Part shown: one piece after another, positions 13,501 to 24,433 of the stretch
Layout: each line of letters begins with the position of its first letter
Position numbering within the stretch: position 1 is the first letter of the stretch
NCBI GenBank assembly: GCA_905178155.1
Contig: CAJINV010000002.1
Location: forward strand, 10,210,146 to 10,274,145
Origin: Amoebophrya sp. A120
Taxonomy: Eukaryota > Protista > Dinoflagellata
Reading direction: 5' to 3'
DNA: 64,000 bases
Position numbers and translations under genes: made by a program
Notes under the pieces: model-generated
Told to the model about the DNA's origin: nothing
Seen by the model: the letters and a program-made list of their open reading frames with translations, nothing else
The model's database searches: none

Positions 13501-16500
13501 ACAGAGCAACCAATTACTGTGTCATCGGACAGAACGGTCGTGACATTTGCTTCTGAAAAGGAGAAATTGATGAAGAATCCGAATCTTCTGTTGGACGAGC
13601 TTCATGCGTCGGGAAGAAGATCGAGTGATACTCATCTGCTTAGTTCCTCCTCGACAAAAACTCCAACTCTTCAGCCGGGCGACCTCATAGCGGGTCCCGC
13701 TTGGATCCTCGATGCTACGACCACGTGCGTCGTCGACGCCGGCTGCTTCGCCAGGATAAACGCCGAGTCGAGCATCGAACTCACGATTCCCCGAGCGGTG
13801 GACTCCACAATCACCCCTGCGGAGCTGAGCAGCTTGCAGACGCTTTCCACCGACTGCGGGAAGAGTATATTGGCATGGGGGGACGACGTCTTGCAGGATC
13901 AGAGGGGAAGGGAAGTGACGGAACAAATAAGCAAGCCAGATGCAGCACCAGCCGCTGGTGCGCGAGAAACAGTGTTGTCAGAGCGTGAACGAGTACAACC
14001 ACTTGGTTGTATGCAAGTAGTACGAACAAAGGAGAAGGCTTCTAAATCACCGCCAACAGCTGCAAAAAGTAGTGAGACACCTTCACCCACTCATGTACTG
14101 CGCCCGGACTCCGCCACCCTCTCAGTTTACGGACACCAATTTATGTCGATTGCGGAGCAGTGTGGTCGGGTGCTGCAACGAACGGCGGTGTCGGTGAACA
14201 TCAAGGAGCGTTTGGATTTCTCGTGTGCGATCTTCGATAAGGACGGGAACCTGGTTGCCAACGCGCCCCACGTGCCCGTGCATTTAGGTGCCATGGCGGA
14301 GACCATTAAGGCGCAGATTTTGCTGCGAAAAAGAGAGCTCGAGGAGTATGCGCGCAACGGTGCGACCACTAGTACCAGCACAGCAGGAGCACCAGAAGGT
14401 CGTTCTACTGCAACAGAATCAGCAGCTGCGGCAAGAAGCAATATTGGGAGCTGCAAAATAAAACCCGACAAGGATAGCACCTTCGCGTGGGTAACCAACG
14501 ACCCCTTTCTCGGTGGTAGCCACTTGCCGGACGTAACGGTGATCACGCCGGTATTTGAGGACGAGGAAACAACAAGCGGTACAACGCGTGAGCATCAAGA
14601 GGCCGAAGTACGAGCACTGTCAACAACAAGAAGTGCGAACGAAAAGGAAGACGCACGAACTTTGGTGAACACACCACGAGCTACAAAACCACATCGTGAA
14701 CTCCTCTTCTTCGTTGCGTGCCGGGGCCACCACGCGGACATCGGGGGCATTACCGCGGGTTCGATGCCCGCGAGGTCTACCAAGATAACGGAGGAGGGGG
14801 CGCTAATCACCTCTGAATTTTTGGTGAAGGGGAACGAATTTCAGGAGCAGAAAATGCGGGCGCTGTTCCGCGAATCCCGCAACCTGGACGACGTCATTTC
14901 CGACCTGAAGGCGCAGGTCGCAGCCAACTTCAGGGGGAAGGGCCTGTTGCTGAGTCTGCTGCGGCAGAACGGGCGGGACACCGTGCTGGCGTATATGAAA
15001 CATGTGCAGCAGTGGGCCAAGGGAGCGGTGCAGCAGATGTTGAAGCAGTTGTGCTCACAGTACGGCAAGAACGAGTTTTCCGCGGAGGAATACATGGACT
15101 GTGGAACGAAAATCCAGTTGAAAATCACCATGGAGGAGAGGAATCGCGAGGTGCATGGTGGTGATGAAGCTGGTTGTGGTTCAGCTTCTCCTTATGAAAA
15201 GATAGCCTCTGTTTATCACAGGGTTAAGCGCTTCATTCTTAAAAAATTCATTTGTCAAAAAAAAAATTTTTTTTAGTAAGGTTTGATGCACAGGAAGCTT
15301 CGCCTTTTCCACGACACCGGTTCCGCAGTTGTGACGAATCCACGGGGCAGATGTACTCCAGGAGAACGGCAGGATGGTTTGTTGATTTTTATGAATGATA
15401 ATACTAACTAGAATGGAGGCACAGCTAGCTAGATAATTCAATAGCATTCAAAAGATGTAAATGAAGGATCAACTCAGCAAACGAGACAGGAAGAACGTGG
15501 CTGTCAGGCAGCTGATGGTCAACGGGGAATCGTGGCTGTGTCTGCGCGTTCCCATTTACTGGAGATACCGGGGCATTCGTGGTGGAGCACAGCTGCTTCG
15601 CCACGATGTAAGTCCGTGGATTCGGGCGAATCCACGGACTTACATCGTGGCGAAGCAGCTGTGCTCCACCACGAATGCCCCTTTGCAGCGTCTGCCGGAG
15701 ATCCACAAGCTCCAATCCGTTTACCGGCCGTCGACTCCGCAGCTCCAGTCGCAGTTGTACACCAGAGCTTACAAAAGGGGTCCGCTATTTCTATTCAAAA
15801 TCAGTGATGTTATTTAATCTAACTAGCTGTGCCTCCATTCTAGTTATTTTACACTTTCATATCAACCAGCAGCAAGGTTCAGTCGTCGTTCCACTGGTCC
15901 AGGAGGTGCAGGTACCGCAATCGCCGTCGTCGACACGTAGCAGATGATGCTGTAAACAACACCATCAAACCTCACTAAAAAAAATTTTTTTTTTGACAAA
16001 TGAATTTTTTAAGAATGAATCATTTAGCCCTGTGATACTGTTGCACCTCCCGGAGACGCGAGCGAAAAGCACGACACCGCGACTTCCAATCACGCACTAC
16101 CAAGCCCAAGAACAGGAAGTCCGCAGCGCAAGGACCTGCAACTTCTTCCCGCCGCGAAGAGACGCAAAGTTAGTCAGGGGTCCCCTGCTGGTGTCGAAAA
16201 GCAGGACCAGAGTCGTGGAGGTCAGGATTTTTTCCAAGCGGTTTTTGATTTCACCGGCACAGGTCCGGAGCGCCCCGACTCGAACATCAACGCGCCGTCG
16301 GCAATCACTTCGGCCGCGATTATGTACTGTCTCCGGTCCCTCGTGAAGCAGGACATACCGCTGAATTCCGGGTGCCTGCTCCCGGTGAAAATTCTTCTGC
16401 CGGAGAAGTCCCTGCTCAACCCGAGCAACAATCTGGCGGTGTGCGCTGGGAACGTCACCACCTCCATGCGCATCGTGGACGTGATTTTGAAAGCGTTTCT

Positions 16501-17212
16501 GTCCCAAGCAGCCAGCCAGGGCTGCATGAACAACGTCACCTTTGGCACGAAAAATTTTGGGTACTACGAAACCATCGCGGGCGGACACGGAGCGGGGCTG
16601 CACTGGCACGGGACCAGCGCAAAGCACGCACACATGACCAACACCCGCATGACGGATGTGGAGGTCATGGAATCGCAGTATCCGGTGGTGATTCGAGAAT
16701 TCGGAATTCGGCCAAACAGCGGGGGCGCGGGCAAGTTTCGCGGCGGGGATGGGGTCGTTCGGGAGTTAGAATTCACCCACGACGACCAAAAGGAAGATTT
16801 GGAAATTTCGGTTTTGACCCAAAGGCGGCTGACGAAACCCTTTGGCCTCCTGGGTGGGGAGAGCGGACAAAGTGGACGCCAGGTTCTGCTGTACCCCGAT
16901 GAATCGGCCGCGATGGGAAGGTCGGAAAGCTCCAAGAGGCATGCAGCGGACGATGATGTTCCGAGTCTGACGCTTCCTACTGTGGTTCAGCTGAAACCTT
17001 CGCAACACGTCGAAAAAGTTCCAAGGGGCACCAGATTGAGGATAGAAACACCGGGAGGTGGCGGCTACGGCGTCAAGTCCACAAGTCGCATTGATGTTGG
17101 CAGGCTGGATGGGACTAGGGGAGGAAAACAGCAGCAAGAAGCCTTCAGCGCGCAGCTACGTCAGCAGATGACGGGCTCTGTTGCTCTGTCTTCGAATAAT
17201 GTAGAATTTTGA
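10573..17212 (+). CDS. OPLAH: 5-oxoprolinase (ATP-hydrolysing, hydantoinase A+B fusion), ~1936 aa, split by one 829-nt non-canonical intron
   Basis: Motifs DRGGTFTD, MGTTVATNALLE, SGPAGG, FDMGGTSTDVSR, INTVAAGGGSRL, NIKERLDFSCA, NAPHVPVHLGAM, GGSHLPD, GHHADIGG, YYETIAGGHGAG, HMTNTRMTD and ETPGGGGYG; exons 10573-15213 and 16043-17212 join in frame. Confidence 0.95.
15214..16037. mobile_element. 824-bp nested fold-back introner-like element, TSD CTGTT
   Basis: 75-bp TIRs (15214-15288 / 15963-16037), inner IR (~15405-15434 / ~15817-15846) and a central perfect hairpin; CTGTT at 15209-15213 and 16038-16042. Confidence 0.92.
15570..15681. repeat. Perfect palindrome: 55-bp arms with a 2-nt (GG) centre
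   Basis: GGGGCATTCGTGG...GGATTCG GG CGAATCC...CCACGAATGCCCC. Confidence 0.95.
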
Positions 17213-17670
17213 AATGTTGGAAATGGAATAAAAGAATTGCGAAGTGACAATTGCTAGTGGCAGGACAATCGCATGCAAAGTGTTCTCAGGAGCACAGAGG
17301 AAACGAAATACCGGAAGTCTGTTCATTTTCTTCATCGACATCATTCTCTCTCTTCATCGCCATTTAACTGCAATGGATGCCACAGCCGGGCAAAAGAGAT
17401 GACTAGTCACGAGGTCTGAGAGTTTCGCAGTTGTAGCTAGAAGGCGACTTCTCCGGGTGATGTGGCGCCGTTCATTTTGGAATGACATGATTGTTTGTGG
17501 CCTCGAGTTTTCTTGTCTGAAGAGCATTCCGCTTAACCTCCAATTGCCTGCGAAGAACGAGAGTCACGTCGCAAGCGACCTGCGTATGTTATGATGTCGG
17601 TCCTCCTGTAAAGGGTAAACCCTCTCTTTTGGAGCACACACAGAATCAGAAAAACAAGTCCTCTTCTAGC

Positions 17671-18234
17671 ATGCTCGGCGCAACAAGTAAAGATGGGGGT
17701 TCCGGCTCCGTGTTTCTGCCCGAATGGGAGGAATCGCTCATCAAGGAACTGGGCCCCACCGTGCTGCTCTCCTCGGCGCTTGCGTTTGCGTTCTTCGGAC
17801 CGAAGGCACAGCAGTACTTTCTGATTGTGATCGGGTTTTTGTTCGGGACCCTGCTGAGCTTTTTTTTCCTCACTACGGAGGTGGCGAAAAGCGTTTTGTC
17901 CACCGCGTCTAGCCCAAATGCGCTGGCCGCAATCCCGGAGCTGCTGCAGAAGTCGCCCGACGCACAGAAGAATCTGCTGCTATCCGTCGTTCCGGGGCTG
18001 GTGTGCTCCTTCTGCTTCTACAAGCTGATTCGGTTCAGCATCTACCTACTGGGACTCATGCTCGGCGCCTTCGTAGCCAAACAGTTCGCTATTTCCTTTT
18101 TCGAGGCCCACGCGGACTCCATCGTCATGAGAGCAGTATATGAGAAGGTGCCTAGTTGGCAATTTAACATCTTCGTCTACTGGATTTTTGCCATGGCAGG
18201 CGCAAAGTTCCTGTCCAGAGGCACGCTAGGCTGA
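17671..18234 (+). CDS. Multi-pass membrane protein (possibly DUF4203/TM7S3-TM198-like); 3' end uncertain
   Basis: Several hydrophobic helices (AFAFFGPK, FLIVIGFLFG, IYLLGLMLGAFVA); may splice onward from ~18220. Confidence 0.55.
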   Translation: MLGATSKDGGSGSVFLPEWEESLIKELGPTVLLSSALAFAFFGPKAQQYFLIVIGFLFGTLLSFFFLTTEVAKSVLSTASSPNALAAIPELLQKSPDAQKNLLLSVVPGLVCSFCFYKLIRFSIYLLGLMLGAFVAKQFAISFFEAHADSIVMRAVYEKVPSWQFNIFVYWIFAMAGAKFLSRGTLG

Positions 18235-18888
18235 GACGCTTCGACGCTGTTTTGACCTTGAACCTTCATATTTGTAGCCTGCTGTGTTTGCTGTGGGTGC
18301 TTGCCCTGCCTGTACTTAACTGCTTTTCAAATTGTCTCAGTACTTAAGTTTTTTGCTGGGATGAACAAGCTACCTCCTGCACTTGGAATTGGACGATTAC
18401 CTAGCAGAACTGTTTTTCGTGAAGGTAAAGCACCACTGCCACTGCCTCTGTGCCCCTCAAGAAGAAAGGCAGTGCGTACTGAAAATCTGCCCTCGGTTCC
18501 TTTTGTTCCTGAAGAAGCCAAGAATCATTGTTGTTGAGCGACGAGAAGTTTTTTGATGTTCTGCTTTTTTTCGTGTTAGTTAGTCTGTCAGGCTTCACCT
18601 CAATTGCTTGCGTATCAAACTTTTCCTTGTTTTGATGAAAAAGGGCACTTGAGCGACAAAGAGTGGTATAAAACGCGGCACTAAGTACGGCTCTGTACCA
18701 TTGTATCGCAAACTGGCCCCACAGGGAAGCAAACAGCGAGAGGCACAAAGTTCAAAGACCAACACGGTAATTTTAGAAAAAAAGACTATCCCCTCTCTAG
18801 CTACTTGTTTCACACGAAAGACTTGGCCGACGAGTTGTTTCAAACTGTACCTTGAACGAGAAGTCATCACAAATCGCACTTGTAAAAG

Positions 18889-19652
18889 ATGAAGCACTTC
18901 TTCCGCACGGTGCTTGCCGTATCGGCACTCTCCACGCATGTTGACGCCAAGGCCCGCAAAGCGAAAATCGGGATGGCGGACACGATTCGAGGTAGAGCTT
19001 CTCACTCCAAAGTCCATGACGGATGTTGCCGCATTCCCTTGTAAGTGTATGTAAATCTGGCATGCCATAGCTCCACTTGAATGACAAAGTCTGAAGTGAC
19101 ATCAAACAATCAACGACGATTTTTTGCAAATCATGATTCGTGGTATAATTGTTCCCACCGCCCCTAGGTACCTGCGTGAACCCCCCGCAAGAGGCCGACC
19201 TGCGCGAGCGTGTGGAGTACGGCGACAAGATCGAAATCAAGCTCTCCGCGTACACCGACAATCCGGAGAGTAAGGATGGTTTGGAGTACTCCGTGGACAA
19301 AGCCCTGCAGACCATCACCGTCGGCCGGGCGAACGTGCCGGTCCTCAACGAGATGACGCTGGGCATGTGCCCCAACGAGATCCGCCGCATCATGACCTGG
19401 ATCAACCCCAAGCACAAAATCGGCCCGCTGGCGTACAAAGACTTTTACTAAATTTACGAAATATTTGCTTCTTTTCGTTTCGTGATGCAAAATGTGTACA
19501 GTACTCGGAGAAACCGCATTGTTTTTGATGTCAGATTGGATCATTTTGTGCATGATTTGTATCCAAGAAGAACATACTGCAGGTACATGGTGGAGGTGGT
19601 GAAAATCGTGGCAAAAAAGGCAATATCCTTTGCAAAAGTATCGCTCACGTAA
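18889..19652 (+). CDS. Secreted/ER FKBP-type PPIase-like protein; exons 18889-18991, 19168-19432, 19583-~19652
   Basis: Signal peptide MKHFFRTVLAVSALS; FKBP-like VEYGDKIEI, LGMCPNEIRRI and LAYMVEVVKI; two GT-AG introns in phase. Confidence 0.65.
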
Positions 19653-20590
19653 ATGCGGCCATTTGATTTTGTAGCGTTTCGCGTTCGAAAACGCGCCCCA
19701 TGCATAATGTTGAGCTCCTACGCTTTGCTTTTGAAAAAAGCTGTCCCACGACGTATGGATCATTCCTGAGCGATACATCTTTTGCACTGCATAGACGCTG
19801 CAGGCCGGTGGCCCGGGCGGATTTGATGAGTTGTAGAATGTTTCTGTTATGACGCGACGTTGATTGACGTCACGTTGTTGACGCATGGCAATGTCAATCT
19901 TTCATTTGTTTTTCGTTTCATCTGTTTCTTTCTGTTTGTGAATGAATTTGCTTTCCTCTCTTTTTAAACTCAAGTTTTTCGCTCGTGGCGGTGACCTAGA
20001 ATTTCATTGGACAAAACTTTTGGAAAGGCGAGTAAGACTTGAGAATTTTTCTCCATGTAATGAACCACGACCAGACTGAAGTTTTTCTCTTTTTGACTTT
20101 GTGTCTACGAGGACGATTTTGTAAAATGAAAAAACATGATATTGGGTGATTGCAACGGGGGTATCCGCCTCACAAGTTTCTTTGTGCTTCGTTACAACCG
20201 TCCGGAAAAACAAAACTTTCTTGCCACTCAAAAACCGTCTTTGTTTCTCGATTTTTTTATGAACTAGTTGCGAACTTACTTTTTTCGAGATATTATGACA
20301 GGAAGGTGGAATTCAATTACTACACCCCCAGTTTTATGCTCGGGACCTCGCACTGAAAGGCAAAGGTTGCGTGTTCTACTTCCTGGGGCGATCATGCAAC
20401 GGATTCATGGTAGGCCGCCAACGCCTCAACCTCAAGTACTTAAAGATCCCGTATACCGGATGTTGAACAGCACTTGAAAAAGATCTCTTGAAAACGTACA
20501 GCTTGAGTTTGTACCTCCTCTGCTGAAGTATCTACACGTCGATCGATCGAGACGCAAGCGGAGCATCAATCACATATCGCCGAAAAAAAG

Positions 20591-22400
20591 ATGGGGACTT
20601 CCGATCTCCCGACACATCGCCAGCACCTGGGCCCAACGCTCGACCAGGCGGTGCTTCCCGATCGCGAGCCACCCGTCTGCGTCTTCCACGTGCGCCTATA
20701 TTTCGTCGGGATCGGGACCCTGAATACGGCCTTGGTCGAGGGCTTCATGGCAAGATATCTCCGATACCGAAACGGTGAAGACCGAGCGCATCTGCACGTT
20801 GATGATAATGATGAACAAAAAACAAAAGCCAAGCAGGATTGTAAGACTCCCGGCAGCTGCCGTGCGAAAGAGCGAGTTTCTCGCCTCATCGTCGACAAGG
20901 ACGCCGGTTTGGTCATTCGCGCGCCTCTGTTTCTCTCAGACCGTGGGAACGCAATTCACTTGGAGAAAAAATACGACTCTGAAGGCGAAGGGGATAAGCT
21001 TTTGAGAATTTGTTCGCACCTTGAAGACGAACAAGTGGCTGGTACACAACCTGCTGCAGAAGGCGGGGAAGTGGACACGACGAGATGCGGTCGTGGTGTT
21101 CTTCCAGGGCTAGCAAGCGTCTTCTCCACCATTTCCGAACACGCCATCAGGGCCACACACGACGAAGAACAGGATAATACCACAAAGACGACTTCCACCA
21201 GAGGCCATGGAAGTACCCCGGCGCCGTGCACTGGGGGCGATGTTGAATCTCTTTTCAGTCATGCAAAGGTCCACCCCGAAGTCGGGCAGAGGATGGAACG
21301 GCAAGTGCTCTTCTTCGCCGTGCGCCCGCCTCAGGTTGACGAAGCATTGGCGCAGTTCTTCACGGAAAAGCGCAACGGCCTCTCCAGCGCCGACGTGCCG
21401 CTGGTTTTTGTCAACCTAGTCGCGACATTGACCAACGAGGAACTGCGTGACAAAATGGCCCTGTATTGGAAACTTGCGAAGCCATCGAATCCTGAAAAGT
21501 ATTTTTGGCATCTCGCTTTCGCGTTCATTCAAAGGCACATTTCGCTTTCGCGCACGCGACGATGATCTTCTGTCTCGGTTCGATGCTTTTCGTTCAGGGG
21601 CTCGGTTCGTCCATCTCACGGGATGAGATGGGCTGGCTTTTTGTCACGCCCGTGGGGGTTACAATTCTGAAAATAGCGTAAAAAGGGCCTGAACTAAAAA
21701 ACGCTTGAAGGATGAATGTGCCAACGCATCATACAGGCGCCGCGATGAAGTACGAAGACAACTCGAGCTTGACCTTCACATCCCATCGACAAATCAGGTA
21801 TCCATCGACAAGCCTCGGGATGATGACAGGAAAAATTTGCATCGTCAAGGCCGTCCCCCTACCTCCGGCGCGGTACCTTCAGGGCTGCACAGTTGTTTGC
21901 AGGGAGGCAACAACTTTCTGTCTGGACGCATCCGCGAATATTGAGCAGCAAGAACAGAACGATAACGCTACCTGCGGCCCGACCGACGGGGATACGGAAA
22001 TGGTAAAGCTTGTCGAAAAGCTGTTTGGGCTTTTGGGCACAGTGACGATGTGTGAAAACACGGTAGACTTGCCCGTCTTTCAAACGATGACGGGCCTCAT
22101 GGGTCAGTTTTATCAGCAAATGGACTGGCTCAGCGACTGGATGGTTGAGCACTCTGCTTGCCGTGGTGCGGACGAAGTTACAACGGGCACAACAATCACA
22201 CAAGAGGAGGGAAAACTTTCATGTTCATCCCGCATCACGAAGGCAAACGCGACAGAATACGTGGCAAGCTTTTACAAAAGCATTCTGGCCGATGTCATAG
22301 AGAAATTACCGGCGCGCGAAGAGGTCTCAGACCAGGTCGAGCCCGCGAAAGCAAGCCAACACGTCCTGAAGCACCTGATGGACGAACAGACCCGAGGTGG
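20591..22400 (+). CDS. Pyrroline-5-carboxylate reductase-like protein; intron 21499-21797; ends uncertain
   Basis: Rossmann motif LYFVGIGTLNTALVEG, FFAVRPPQV, IVKAVPLPP, KLFGLLGTV, TMTGLMGQFY and EQTRGG in ProC order; the GT-AG intron joins in frame. Confidence 0.7.
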
Positions 22401-22849
22401 TATGACTGTGAACAATCCACAGAAAGTAGTAATCGACAGAGTAGATGGAGATGGTGATGCACGGTATTTCGTCGCAGAAATGGTATGTTGCATGCTAACA
22501 AAGGTGTGGAGGCCTCGATATCGTCTGGTGCACGAGCATACAGATACAAACACCATCATGCGCACTTGTACTATTCACATTTTTTTCCATCCTCATGCTC
22601 TTTGCAACTTGCGTGCGCGCTTTCTGATGGAAACGCGGTCTCAACGAACAGGCGATGCAACACATGATGGAGACAAAACGGCAAACGGTAGACACATGCG
22701 ATCAACTGCTGAACAGATTGCGTGGCATCAAAACATGACACTTGACGGACAGAAACACGATAACCACACACAAAAGAATTCCACGAACAGAAAAACAGAA
22801 AACTATTCAAGATAACTCTTCCACGAATGCCGAATTAAGCATAAACTCT

Positions 22850-24215
22850 ACCTACATGATTCCAATCCCGATCACAATATCCACGAAAATCAAATTGGAG
22901 AATCCAATCCGATCATGATTTGGTCATTCTTCCATCCTCAATCGAATTTGATTTCTTTGTCAGAATTCATCGACAAAAAAGACATTGCAATTTTTGTCAT
23001 TTTCACGATTCTGTTGGTTTCTTTATTGAAAATTCTGAAGTCTGGATTGATGTGGGATCCCAAAAAATTCTTTTCATAGATAAGGATAATCTGATGTGAA
23101 TATATTATCGTATCTTTCCCAAAAAAAAAACCAAAGTTTTTGTTTCTCATAAAATTTGCATGATTCTGTATTAATTTGGAAAAATTTGAGAGAATAATTT
23201 GGTGATCGGGATCTGGATCGATTGATGAATGTCAGGACAGGAATAAATCTCGATAATAAGCATAGTTCTAGAATAATTTTGGGAAAATTTTCCATGATAA
23301 TTTAATGGATTTTATCTGGATTGATTTCGGAAGATGAAGATGAAGAGTGGGGTAAGAAATGCTGATGAGTTGTGGTCATCTCATTTCTCATTCATCCGGT
23401 CGGGTGCAGGGATGATTAATGGGATGGAAGAAGAAAAGCAAGATCCGATCGATCAATTGGCTCAGATTCTATCCCATTAATCAGGCATCCGATCGGATGG
23501 ATGAGAAATTAATAGGACACCCACAACTCATTGGAATTTGTTATCCCACTGAAATTTTTAATATTTATTTCTTGGAAGATTAAATAAGAGATTTGGGGAA
23601 ATTTCTGCAAAAGATAATAAATTTGTTAGGAATAAATTTGAAGATTTATTCTATGTGTCATATTACATTATTGAGATCGAATCGAGAAATGAAGAAGAAT
23701 TACCGGATCAAAGATTGAAACGAAACAATAAATTTTTCAGAAATCGATGAAAATATTCGAGAAATAGGATTCCTATCATTTTTCGGAATCAATCTATAGA
23801 AAATTTTACAGAATTTCAATCGAATGAACTAAATAACAATCTGATCGATCCACGAACACACAGATGAAAAAAAAAAAAATTATCGACCAATCTCGAAAAA
23901 TTTCAGAGAAAACAGGACATTGAATTTTTTTTGGAAGAATCAGAGAGAGAAGAAATCATTTTTCCAACAATCAATTTCATATCGAATCATTTCCTCATCG
24001 ATCTGAGAAATATCCTAAGAAACATAGGAAGAATCCTTTTTTTTTTCAAATCGAATTGATTCATCCATGGATATATGTAATTTTCTCTTTGTATTTCTGA
24101 GAAATGATGATGATAATTCAGAAATCATGATTCGATTTGAATATGCCTGATTTTGATTCGCAAAAATGAATCATGATGGTATCCATGGATGTGGATTTTT
24201 CCTTAAATTCTAAGG
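22850..24215. other. AT-rich, GAT/ATC-rich non-coding block with an internal imperfect inverted repeat (~23346-23426 / ~23471-23550)
   Basis: Abrupt compositional shift and no credible ORF; GATGAGTTGTGG/CCACAACTCAT and TGATTAATGGGAT/ATCCCATTAATCA pair. Confidence 0.6.
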
Positions 24216-24433
24216 AAGTGCCGGTCATTTTCGTTGGTCGGAGTTTCGTTTTCTGTGTAGGAGAAAAGTTTTGAGCAAGCAATGTTCAGGTTCATCATCA
24301 GCCCAGCCAACTATGCGAAAAGTCCTCAGGTATTGAACAATGCATGTGTTCTCGTTTTTGTAGTTCTCGTGGTTTCTTTGCCGGTACCTTCTACATTATG
24401 AGAAAAAAAACACAATTTCATTTAGTTCAAGTG

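Noticed and set aside
15214-15276. Apparent frameshifts or pseudogenes in OPLAH, UBLCP1, the myosin and SFT2
   Set aside because: Each break coincides with a TIR element whose removal restores an intact frame, with no other lesions seen
15425-15817. ORFs of 118 aa and 96 aa inside the palindromic element
   Set aside because: They share mirrored text because of the palindrome and show no recognisable domain
15214-16037. TA target duplication (Tc1/mariner-like) suggested by TA...TA ends
   Set aside because: Leaving one TA does not restore the frame, whereas an external 5-bp duplication is present and its removal does
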